Shown here: piece after piece, positions 53,833 to 62,333 of the stretch
Position numbering within the stretch: position 1 is the stretch's first letter
Layout: each line of letters begins with the position of its first letter
NCBI GenBank assembly: GCA_023379935.1
Contig: JAMCPD010000025.1
Coordinates: 13,427 to 77,426, forward strand
Length of the DNA stretch: 64,000 bases
DNA from: Actinomycetota bacterium
Lineage (GTDB): Bacteria > Actinomycetota > Acidimicrobiia > Acidimicrobiales > JAMCPD01
Direction of reading: 5' to 3'
Notes under the pieces: generated by a model
The model's database searches: none
The model's input: the letters and a program-made list of their open reading frames with translations, nothing else
What the model was told of the DNA's origin: nothing
Program-made: the position numbers and the translations under genes

Positions 53833-55806
53833 GTGACACTGACACCTAAGGTATGCTGGTTACCGGCTCCTGATGCTATGAGACAAACTATAATCGGTCA
53901 GTTTGCTGCGTGGGTGGAGGGCGCCTATAACATTGTTATAGGCGATTACGATACACTCTGGAAATGGTCCGTTCAAGACATTGATCGTTTTTGGCTGGCT
54001 CTTTGGCGTTTTGGCGGTATTGTTGCTGACGGTGATCCTACCCAAGTTCGCATTGGCGATACCTTGGACACTACCCGCTGGTTTTCGGATACTAAGCTCA
54101 ACTACGCTGAACACGCGCTGAGCGGTCAACCTGATGATAAACTTGCCCTGCTTGGGCGCAGTGAGACTCGTGATCCTTGCCAGTACTCATGGGGTGAACT
54201 TCGCGCTCAGGTGGCGCATGTTCGAGCCGGACTGCTCCGCTTGGGCGTAAAAGCAGGGGATAGGGTGGTTGGCTACCTACCCAATATTCCCGAAGCTGTT
54301 ATTGTGATGTTGGCTTGTGCCAGTATCGGGGCTATATGGTCGTCCTGCCCGCCGGAATTCGGAGTGCGCAGTGTGATAGACAGATTCGGTCAGATTGACC
54401 CTGTTGTACTTTTTACTATTGATGGTTATCGCTACGGGGGCAAAGAGATTAACCGCAGCGGCGAGGTTGAAGCCATTCGAGCCGCTCTGCCCACCCTAAA
54501 AGCTACCGTTGCTATTGGCTATCTCGATCCTTGTGCGACGCTTCCTTCCGGTGCTGTTTCTTGGGATGAACTGGTCGCCGAGGAGCAACCGCTTGACTTT
54601 GTCCGGTTTCCATTTTCGCATCCTTTATATATCCTGTACTCATCGGGTACAACCGGACTACCAAAGTCTATTATGCACGGACATGGCGGTATCTTACTTA
54701 CTCACTTGCGTGATTTGTGTCTTCACCATAATTTGAAGAGCGACGGTCGCTTTTTTTGGTTTACCACAACCGGCTGGATGATGTGGAACTACATGGTGTC
54801 CGGACTGCTTGCCGGTTCGGCTATAGTGTGTTTCGATGGAAGTCCCGTCTTTCCGGACCTTGGGACATTGTGGAATATTGCGGCTGAAACCAAAACGACA
54901 TTACTCGGTTTGTCTGCACCGTTCATTATGTCCTGTTGCAAAGCAGGCTTGAAACCTGGAGCCGATTTTGATCTATCAGCCCTCCAAAGTCTCGGCTCCA
55001 CGGGAGCTCCACTGGTTGCTGATGGATTTGAGTGGTTCTATAAGGCCGTGAAGCCTGATATTCCGCTTGCATCCATTAGTGGTGGTACAGATATATGTTC
55101 AATCTTTGTCGGTCATGCGCCAATTCTTCCCGTATGGGCCGGAGAGATATCTGGACGTGCATTAGGTGCTGACGTGCATGCCTATAGCGCGGACGGTGAA
55201 TCGCTTATAAACCAAGAAGGGGAGATGGTGATCACTCAACCCTTGCCGTCAATGCCTGTTGGGTTGTGGGGTGATGATACAGGGCTTTTTTACCGCCAAA
55301 CCTACTTTCTCGACTTTCCCGGACTATGGAGGCATGGGGATTGGATTACCATTACGGAACGAGGGTCATGCATAATAAGCGGACGATCTGATGCAACTCT
55401 CAATCGGGGTGGAGTACGATTTGGCACAGCTGAGTACTACGCTATTGTGGAATCACTTCCCGAGGTAACAGATTCCCTTGTGATTCATCATGAGGATACC
55501 GCCGGCGGTATGGGAAAACTGTTGCTGTTCATTGTTCCAGCTCCATCTGTAGCCGTTGACGACGACCTGCGAAGCCGTATAACTGCCCGCCTGCGGCAGG
55601 ATTTGTCGCCGCGGCATGTTCCGGACAAGATTATCGAAGTTCAGGCTGTCCCCAAGACGCTTTCCGGAAAGAAACTGGAAGTACCGGTCAAACGAATTTT
55701 GGCGGGTCAGCCGGCGACAGAAGTGGCCAGTGCCGGTTCGCTTGCCAATCCCGAATCGTTGACTTGGTTCGAACAGGCGGCTAAATCTTTAGATTTGCTG
55801 AATTAG
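53833..55806 (+). CDS. Acetoacetyl-CoA synthetase (acetoacetate--CoA ligase)
   Basis: 657 aa. YSSGTTGLPKSIMHGHGG and VPKTLSGKKLEVPVKR. N-terminal region typical of AACS (W.WS...FW). The GTG start is uncertain. Confidence 0.82.
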   Translation: MTLTPKVCWLPAPDAMRQTIIGQFAAWVEGAYNIVIGDYDTLWKWSVQDIDRFWLALWRFGGIVADGDPTQVRIGDTLDTTRWFSDTKLNYAEHALSGQPDDKLALLGRSETRDPCQYSWGELRAQVAHVRAGLLRLGVKAGDRVVGYLPNIPEAVIVMLACASIGAIWSSCPPEFGVRSVIDRFGQIDPVVLFTIDGYRYGGKEINRSGEVEAIRAALPTLKATVAIGYLDPCATLPSGAVSWDELVAEEQPLDFVRFPFSHPLYILYSSGTTGLPKSIMHGHGGILLTHLRDLCLHHNLKSDGRFFWFTTTGWMMWNYMVSGLLAGSAIVCFDGSPVFPDLGTLWNIAAETKTTLLGLSAPFIMSCCKAGLKPGADFDLSALQSLGSTGAPLVADGFEWFYKAVKPDIPLASISGGTDICSIFVGHAPILPVWAGEISGRALGADVHAYSADGESLINQEGEMVITQPLPSMPVGLWGDDTGLFYRQTYFLDFPGLWRHGDWITITERGSCIISGRSDATLNRGGVRFGTAEYYAIVESLPEVTDSLVIHHEDTAGGMGKLLLFIVPAPSVAVDDDLRSRITARLRQDLSPRHVPDKIIEVQAVPKTLSGKKLEVPVKRILAGQPATEVASAGSLANPESLTWFEQAAKSLDLLN

Positions 55807-55847
55807 TGAATCCACACGTAGCGCATGCCAAGTCAGTAGCAAGAAAC

Positions 55848-55873
55848 CGATAATCTGAAATTTAGAATTATCG
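55848..55873. terminator. Weak AT-rich hairpin between the convergent AACS and yajQ genes (possible bidirectional terminator)
   Basis: CGATAAT, a 12-nt loop, then ATTATCG. The stem is only 7 bp with no clear U-tract. Confidence 0.2.
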
Positions 55874-55890
55874 CCGGAACCGTAACTGCT

Positions 55891-56385
55891 TCAGTCTCTA
55901 AAGTTGACGAACTCTAAGGGTATGCCGAAGTCCTGTTCTTTTAGTGCGCTTATAACCGCTTGTAAGTCATCTCTTTTCTTTGAAGTTACTCTAAGTTGTT
56001 GTCCTTGGGTTTGGGTGTTGACTGATTTGATTCCCAAGTTCTTGATAAAACGGTTTAGTGTCTTAGCCTCTTCGGAACCGATCCCTACTTTAAGAGTTAT
56101 CTGTTGTCTTACTGTTCCACGGGCTGCGTCTTCAATATTGCCGATTGAAAGAGCTTTTAGGGAAATTTTACGGCGCACCAACTTTTCCTGGAGAACTACC
56201 ATTAAAGCCTTAAGGCGTTCAGGGGTGGAAGAGTTGAGGAGTATACGGTTGTTTTTTTCTGCAACCTCAACCGTTGAGGTGGTGCCTTTGAAGTCAAAAC
56301 GGGTGGCTGCTTCCCTATTGGTTTGGTCTACGGCATTGCGAACCTCTTGATAATCGATTTCGGACACTATGTCAAATGAAGGCAT
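55891..56385 (-). CDS. yajQ: YajQ-family (UPF0234) nucleotide/cyclic-di-GMP-binding protein
   Basis: MPSFDIVSEIDYQEVRNAVDQTNREAATRFDFKGT is the characteristic YajQ N-terminus. 164 aa. Confidence 0.88.
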   Translation of the reverse strand: MPSFDIVSEIDYQEVRNAVDQTNREAATRFDFKGTTSTVEVAEKNNRILLNSSTPERLKALMVVLQEKLVRRKISLKALSIGNIEDAARGTVRQQITLKVGIGSEEAKTLNRFIKNLGIKSVNTQTQGQQLRVTSKKRDDLQAVISALKEQDFGIPLEFVNFRD

Positions 56386-56467
56386 ATGAACCAGATTAGC
56401 AAACTATATGAGCTGTGAAGTTAACAAACATGCAATTTACAGTGAGAGTATGTAATATATAACAAAT

Positions 56468-56550
56468 GGGTCGGTACCCAAGCGGCCAAAGGGATCAGTC
56501 TGTAAAACTGCCGACGTTAGTCTACGAAGGTTCGAATCCTTCCCGGCCCA
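56468..56550 (+). tRNA. tRNA-Tyr (anticodon GTA), class II long variable arm, CCA not encoded
   Basis: GGGTCGGTACCCAAGCGGCCAAAGGGATCAGTCTGTAAAACTGCCGACGTTAGTCTACGAAGGTTCGAATCCTTCCCGGCCCA. Acceptor GGGTCGG/CCGGCCC, anticodon loop CTGTAAA, T-arm GAAGG-TTCGAAT-CCTTC. Confidence 0.88.
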
Positions 56551-56552
56551 CT

Positions 56553-57254
56553 ATGGATTCAAGCAAACTCCCTGTTCATGTTGGCATAGTTATGGATGGT
56601 AACGGCCGTTGGGCCAAAAAGCGCGGTTTGCCGCGTGTAGACGGCCATGGAGCGGGCGAGAAAGCCTTGTTCGATACGGTTGAGGGGGCTTTGGAGGTTG
56701 GTATTAAATGGTTGACGGTTTTTGCGTTTTCCACCGAAAACTGGCATCGTCCCCCGGACGAAGTGCGCTACTTGATGAACTTCAATGAGAGTCTGTTGTT
56801 ACGTCGTCGAGACGAAATGAACGAAAAAGGGGTACGTATGTGTTTTGCCGGGCGGCATGATTGGCGAGTCCCAGTACGGATAATACACCGTATGGATGAA
56901 GCTCGTGAACTGACCAAGAACAACAAGAAGATGACTTTGGTAACAGCTTTCAACTATGGTGGGCGTGCCGAGATTATAGATGCCGTAAAGTCTTTAATGG
57001 CGAGTGGGGTCTCACCTGATAAAGTAAACGAGCGAACTTTACGTAAACACTTTTACTGTCCGGATATGCCGGATGTTGATCTGGTTATACGTACTTCAGG
57101 CGAGTACAGGATATCCAACTTCTTACTATGGGAGTTAGCTTATGCTGAGTTAGTATTCACCGATGTATTATGGCCCGATTTCCGGCGTAAAGATTTATTT
57201 GATGCAATCGGTGAGTACCAACGCAGAAATCGCCGCTATGGGAAGGTATATTAA
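56553..57254 (+). CDS. uppS: Isoprenyl transferase / undecaprenyl-diphosphate synthase family
   Basis: HVGIVMDGNGRWA, FAFSTENWHRP and IRTSGEYRISNFLLWELAYAE. The track ORF start 56466 lies inside tRNA-Tyr and is rejected in favour of ATG 56553. Confidence 0.9.
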   Translation: MDSSKLPVHVGIVMDGNGRWAKKRGLPRVDGHGAGEKALFDTVEGALEVGIKWLTVFAFSTENWHRPPDEVRYLMNFNESLLLRRRDEMNEKGVRMCFAGRHDWRVPVRIIHRMDEARELTKNNKKMTLVTAFNYGGRAEIIDAVKSLMASGVSPDKVNERTLRKHFYCPDMPDVDLVIRTSGEYRISNFLLWELAYAELVFTDVLWPDFRRKDLFDAIGEYQRRNRRYGKVY

Positions 57255-57277
57255 AGCTGTCGCTATGGTGGAACACG

Positions 57278-58051
57278 ATGAAAACCTACTATAAAGATAA
57301 AGCCGTGGTGTTGAAGACTTATCGTTTGGGGGAAACAGATCGTATTGTGGTTATGGCCACCGAGTTACATGGTAAGGTTAGAGCTGTGGCAAAGGGAATA
57401 CGGAAGGTGACTAGTCGTTTCACCAGTCGTTTGGAACCGCTTAGCCATGTTTCATTGATGTGTTGGCAGGGCAAAGATCTGGATGTGGTTACACAAGTAG
57501 AGACGATAGACAACTTTCGAATCTGCAGAGAAGACTTTAGTCGCATGGTTAAAGCCATGTCAATGTTGGAGGTAGTGGATCATTTTCAACAAGAACGAAT
57601 GGCGGACCCGGGGGTATACAAGATGCTTATAGGTGCTCTTGGTGCTTTGACAAAAGCCGATGCTCCCCTAATAATGCCTGCATTCTTTTTGAAGTTGCTT
57701 GCGTTGGAGGGTTATAGTCCTAAAGTTGATTGTTGTATCCGCTGCAGCGCTAAGGAGTTGTTGGTGGGTTTTGATTTTGAATCAGCCGGGTTGTTGTGCA
57801 AAAGGTGTTTAGAGGTGGAGTCAAGTTCTGACAATGTCAATGGGTATGGCCCTCGCAGAAAAACAACTCCTCTTAGCAGCGGTGCTGTTCAACTGGTGTC
57901 TGCTATTTTAGGCACCGGGCTGGGATGGGCTCTAAACTGCGCAACCGGTACTTTAGCCGATGAAGTGGCTTATCTGGCTACAAGAGCTGTAGAGCATCAT
58001 TTGGGAAGGCCTGTCCGCAGTCTTAGTTTCGTTAAGGAGTTGGTGATTTAA
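57278..58051 (+). CDS. recO: DNA repair protein RecO
   Basis: N-terminal OB-fold pattern (AVVLKTYRLGETDRIV). Cys4 zinc motif CCIRC...CKRC. Conserved uppS-recO adjacency. Confidence 0.88.
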   Translation: MKTYYKDKAVVLKTYRLGETDRIVVMATELHGKVRAVAKGIRKVTSRFTSRLEPLSHVSLMCWQGKDLDVVTQVETIDNFRICREDFSRMVKAMSMLEVVDHFQQERMADPGVYKMLIGALGALTKADAPLIMPAFFLKLLALEGYSPKVDCCIRCSAKELLVGFDFESAGLLCKRCLEVESSSDNVNGYGPRRKTTPLSSGAVQLVSAILGTGLGWALNCATGTLADEVAYLATRAVEHHLGRPVRSLSFVKELVI

Positions 58052-58053
58052 GC

Positions 58054-59391
58054 ATGAGTGATAAAGGTGTCAGCGATGATCTGTTGGAGAAAGTTGTCAA
58101 TCTTTGTAAACGGAGAGGTTTTATTTTCCCGTCGGCTGAGATATATGGCGGATTTCGTTCAGCCTATGACTATGGGCCGCTTGGATCGTTGATGTTACGT
58201 AATGTAAAGGATGCTTGGTGGTATTTCATGGTACAGGCGAGAGATGATGTGGTTGCCATTGATGCTGCGATACTCTCCAACCCCGCTGTGTGGAAGGCAT
58301 CCGGGCACCTTGAAAGCTTCAGCGATCCTTTGGTGGACTGTAAAAACTGTCATGAGCGTTGGCGACAGGACAAAATAGGTGACAGTTGCCCCTCCTGTGG
58401 TTCTTCAGACCTCACCGGTTCCAGAGAGTTCAATTTAATGTTTGCCACCCACGTCGGTCCTTTGGTAGACGAATCGACGGTTGCCTATCTGCGTCCGGAG
58501 ACTGCCCAAGGAATGTTCATCAATTTTGCCAATGTTCTGGCTACCACGCGTAAGAAACTTCCTTTTGGAATAGCTCAAATAGGTAAGTCCTTTAGAAATG
58601 AGATTACTCCACAGAACTTCGTATTTCGCACCAGAGAGTTTGAACAGATGGAAATGGAGTATTTTGTTGCACCCGATGAGGCTGATCAGTGGTTCGAATA
58701 CTGGTGTGAGCAAAGGATGAGTTGGTACACAGGTTTAGGAATATCTGAGAGCAAACTTAGACTGCGCCATCACGATGCCGAGGAGTTGAGCCACTATTCT
58801 GCTGCTACTGCTGATATTGAGTTCTTATTCCCCTGGGGTTTTGACGAGTTGGAAGGAGTTGCCAACCGAACGGACTACGACTTGAAGGCTCATATGAAGG
58901 CATCTGGAGTCAACTTGGAATATTTCGTTCCCCCTGGAAATGAGGCTGAGGCTAGGCGTTTTGTTCCGTATGTAATAGAGCCTGCGGCAGGGGCCACCAG
59001 ATGTATGATGGCATTTTTGATATCTGCTTATGATGAGGATGTTGTTTCAGGTGAAAAGAGGGTTGTAATGCGTTTGGACAAACGCCTTGCACCTTATGCG
59101 GTAGCAGTTTTACCGTTATCAAAAAATGAGGAACTTATGAAGTTGTCCCGTAAAGTACTTCACATGCTGCAGCCCCATTTTATGTGTGACTATGACGAGA
59201 CGCAGTCCATAGGGAAACGTTACAGGCGGCAAGATGAAATAGGTACGCCATTTTGCGTAACCATAGACTTTGATAGCTTGCAGGACAATGCCGTTACTAT
59301 AAGAGAGCGAGATACGACTAAGCAGAAGCGGGTTGACCTAGCTAGTCTCTTGGCAGAACTTAAAACAGAAACAGATGGGTTCACTGTTTAA
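58054..59391 (+). CDS. glyQS: Glycine--tRNA ligase (dimeric alpha2 type)
   Basis: RGFIFPSAEIYGG, YLRPETAQGMF, GKSFRNEI.P and the C-terminal anticodon-binding GKRYRRQDEIGTPFCVT. Confidence 0.93.
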   Translation: MSDKGVSDDLLEKVVNLCKRRGFIFPSAEIYGGFRSAYDYGPLGSLMLRNVKDAWWYFMVQARDDVVAIDAAILSNPAVWKASGHLESFSDPLVDCKNCHERWRQDKIGDSCPSCGSSDLTGSREFNLMFATHVGPLVDESTVAYLRPETAQGMFINFANVLATTRKKLPFGIAQIGKSFRNEITPQNFVFRTREFEQMEMEYFVAPDEADQWFEYWCEQRMSWYTGLGISESKLRLRHHDAEELSHYSAATADIEFLFPWGFDELEGVANRTDYDLKAHMKASGVNLEYFVPPGNEAEARRFVPYVIEPAAGATRCMMAFLISAYDEDVVSGEKRVVMRLDKRLAPYAVAVLPLSKNEELMKLSRKVLHMLQPHFMCDYDETQSIGKRYRRQDEIGTPFCVTIDFDSLQDNAVTIRERDTTKQKRVDLASLLAELKTETDGFTV

Positions 59392-59477
59392 ATTTGGGTT
59401 GGCTAAAATGAATTTCCGCCATGAGTATGATATAAGAAATACCTAGTATTATATAAGGTAAGGAAAGGAGTTTTTAT

Positions 59478-62234
59478 TTGCAATACGTTTTTGATTTTGA
59501 TTATAAACACGCTACCCCCCCAAAGGAGTTAAAGGGGCTTTTAGGTGGTAAGGGAGCGAATCTGGCAGAGATGACCTCCGTTCTTGGGCTGCCTGTTCCT
59601 AACGGCTTTACTATTACTACAGACGCTTGTCGGGCGTATATGGAGTCTGGGTGGCCTAAAGGATTAACCCAAGAGGTTATAGAAGCACAGCAACATTTGG
59701 AGCATTCCATGTCGAGAAGGATCGGTGACCCTGACAATCCTTTGCTTGTTAGCGTACGTTCCGGCGCTAAGTTTTCAATGCCGGGGATGATGGATACGGT
59801 ATTGAATTTAGGGCTAAATGACAAGTCCGTATTAGGGTTAGCCAAACAAACCTCTGATGACCGACGTTTTGCGTTTGACTCATACCGTCGCTTCATTCAG
59901 ATGTACTCCCGTATAGTTTTAAACCTACCTGTTGACCGGTTTGAAGATTTGTTAAAAGAGGCTAAGAAGAAGGCCAACACTACTTCAGATGCGGGGATAC
60001 CGGCAGATGTTTTAGAAGAGCTGGTTGAGTCTTACAAGTCTTTAGTGCAAGAACTGTATGGTTCTCCCTTCCCTTTAGATCCCGCCTTGCAGTTACGCCA
60101 AGCGATAGAGGCTGTTTTCAGTTCTTGGAACGCTGACAGGGCCAAGGCCTACAGGGCCAAGGAAGGTATTCCCGATGATTTGGGAACGGCCGTTAATGTG
60201 CAAGCTATGGTTTTTGGAAACAGAGATGATAACTCGGGGACCGGGGTGGGCTTTACCCGGGATCCGGCCACTGGAGCCAAAGGGGCATACGGTGACTTCT
60301 TGCCTAATGCACAAGGCGAAGATGTGGTTGCGGGCATACGTAACACCCAACCGCTTAGCGCCCTTGAGAGCTATTTCCCTGAGGTATACCAACAACTAAT
60401 GGATATTTTTAAGCGTTTGGAAACTCACTACAGGGATATGTGTGATACGGAGTTTACCGTTGAACAGGGTAAACTTTGGATGTTGCAAACCCGAGTCGGG
60501 AAACGTACCGGAGTTGCGGCTCTAAAGATGGCGGTTGACATGGTCGAAGATTCTCATATCAAACTCTCCAAGCAGGAGGCGGTAATGAGGATAAACGCTG
60601 ACAATCTTGATCAAGTTCTCCACCCCCAGCTTGATAAGGCCGGCGGGAGCCTTCCTCAACACGGTGAACGTGTTCTATTGGTTGAGGGGCTTCCCGCCTC
60701 TCCCGGTGCTGCTGTCGGTAAAGTCTATTTTTCTGCGGATTCCGCTGTGTCTGCTGCGGCTGACGGGGAGAAGGTCATACTGGTACGTTCCGAGACCTCA
60801 CCGGATGATGTTCATGGGATGTTGGCATCTCAAGGTATCCTTACGTCAAGGGGCGGGCTGGTTAGCCATGCTGCTGTGGTGGCGCGAGGTTGGGGTAAGC
60901 CTGCTGTAGTAGGGGCTGAAGCTATCCACATAACAGGAGACAGTTTCAGCGTAAGAGGTGTTGTAAGTGTGGAACAAGTTGGTGGAAATAACCCCGGCGT
61001 GATTAGCCAAGATCTCCCCGAGCGGAGTATTACCGTAAAGCAAGGCGATTTTATATCTATTGACGGTACGACCGGTGAGGTTTTTTTGGGTGAACTGCCT
61101 CTTGTCCAGTCACAACCGCCGTCCGAGTTTTATACCATTTTGTCATGGGCAGATGAAATAAGAAAAGACAAATTAGGCGTACGTGCAAATGCCGATACAG
61201 CTGCTGATGCCAGAAAAGCAAGGGAATTGGGCGCTGAAGGTATTGGGCTTTGTCGTACCGAGCATATGTTCTTGGCTCAAGACAGGCTACCTGTAGTCAG
61301 GCGTATGATTCTGGCTAATACCCCTGCCGAAGAGTCAGAAGCCTTGGATGAGCTGGAAAAGGTGCAAAAAGAGGATTTTTTGGGGATATTGGAAGCAATG
61401 GATTCCCTGCCTGTCACAGTGCGCCTCTTGGACCCGCCGTTGCATGAGTTTTTGCCCGATGTCGAGTCACTTGCAGTGAAAGAAGCCACTGAAGGACTGA
61501 CCGAAGAGGAGTACAGATGGTATGAAGCCGCCCAAGATTGGAGAGAGGAAAATCCCATGCTGGGCACCCGTGGGGTACGCCTGGGAGTGGTAAAACCGGG
61601 ACTCTACGCTATGCAGGTAAAGGCACTGATGGAGGCGGTTTTGCAGCGTTTTGCTCAAGGCGGAAAACCGATAGTTGAAGTTATGATCCCTCTTGTTGTG
61701 AGCAGGGAGGAACTCCAATTGGCTCGTGGATGGACTAAAGATGCCATTGACGAGGTGGTTGGCACAGATGAAACCGGTTTCAAGGTAAACGACGAGGCTG
61801 TGAAGATAGGAACTATGATTGAAACCCCCAGAGCTGCTTTGGTGGCGGATCAGATTGCTCAAGAAGCTGACTTTTTCTCTTTTGGCACTAATGATTTGAC
61901 ACAGATGACTTTTGGCTTTAGCCGTGATGATGTTGAAGGCAAGCTGATGCCTCATTATATAAAACTGGGTTTATTGGAGAATAACCCGTTTGAAACGGTG
62001 GACCTTTATGGTGTCGGGGAGTTGGTGCGTATAGCCATCCAACGCGGAAGAAAATCAAACACGGGGTTGAAGATAGGGGTTTGTGGAGAGCATGGCGGTG
62101 ATCCTCGCTCAATCAAACTTTTTTTTGATGCAGGCGTGGACTACGTAAGTTGTTCACCATTTAGAGTTCCGATAGCACGTTTGTCCGCCGCACAGGCTGT
62201 TTTAGAGAAACAATCTATCGTGACTGGTCCATAA
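59478..62234 (+). CDS. ppdK: Pyruvate, phosphate dikinase
   Basis: GGKGANLAEM. Phospho-His region TSRGGLVSHAAVVARGWGKP. GLCRTEHMF and GVCGEHGGDP. TTG start. Confidence 0.94.
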   Translation: MQYVFDFDYKHATPPKELKGLLGGKGANLAEMTSVLGLPVPNGFTITTDACRAYMESGWPKGLTQEVIEAQQHLEHSMSRRIGDPDNPLLVSVRSGAKFSMPGMMDTVLNLGLNDKSVLGLAKQTSDDRRFAFDSYRRFIQMYSRIVLNLPVDRFEDLLKEAKKKANTTSDAGIPADVLEELVESYKSLVQELYGSPFPLDPALQLRQAIEAVFSSWNADRAKAYRAKEGIPDDLGTAVNVQAMVFGNRDDNSGTGVGFTRDPATGAKGAYGDFLPNAQGEDVVAGIRNTQPLSALESYFPEVYQQLMDIFKRLETHYRDMCDTEFTVEQGKLWMLQTRVGKRTGVAALKMAVDMVEDSHIKLSKQEAVMRINADNLDQVLHPQLDKAGGSLPQHGERVLLVEGLPASPGAAVGKVYFSADSAVSAAADGEKVILVRSETSPDDVHGMLASQGILTSRGGLVSHAAVVARGWGKPAVVGAEAIHITGDSFSVRGVVSVEQVGGNNPGVISQDLPERSITVKQGDFISIDGTTGEVFLGELPLVQSQPPSEFYTILSWADEIRKDKLGVRANADTAADARKARELGAEGIGLCRTEHMFLAQDRLPVVRRMILANTPAEESEALDELEKVQKEDFLGILEAMDSLPVTVRLLDPPLHEFLPDVESLAVKEATEGLTEEEYRWYEAAQDWREENPMLGTRGVRLGVVKPGLYAMQVKALMEAVLQRFAQGGKPIVEVMIPLVVSREELQLARGWTKDAIDEVVGTDETGFKVNDEAVKIGTMIETPRAALVADQIAQEADFFSFGTNDLTQMTFGFSRDDVEGKLMPHYIKLGLLENNPFETVDLYGVGELVRIAIQRGRKSNTGLKIGVCGEHGGDPRSIKLFFDAGVDYVSCSPFRVPIARLSAAQAVLEKQSIVTGP

Positions 62235-62333
62235 GTGATTGATATACTCAGATATGGGAATACTCGTTCTGTTAGGACAACAGCAGTATTGGCATGACAG
62301 GCGGGTAGAATAGACGCTTAGAGACGATTTATA

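Noticed and set aside
56466-56552. N-terminal 29 codons of the track ORF for uppS
   Set aside because: This stretch is the tRNA-Tyr gene read as protein (MGRYPSGQRDQSVKLPTLVYEGSNPSRPT). The conserved UppS sequence starts at ATG 56553.
60136-60162. Apparent 15-bp periodic repeat in ppdK (acagggccaagg twice, encoding RAKAYRAKEG)
   Set aside because: Only 12 of 15 positions repeat. The peptide coincides with the conserved RA..YR segment of pyruvate phosphate dikinases, so it is probably native sequence and not a duplication.
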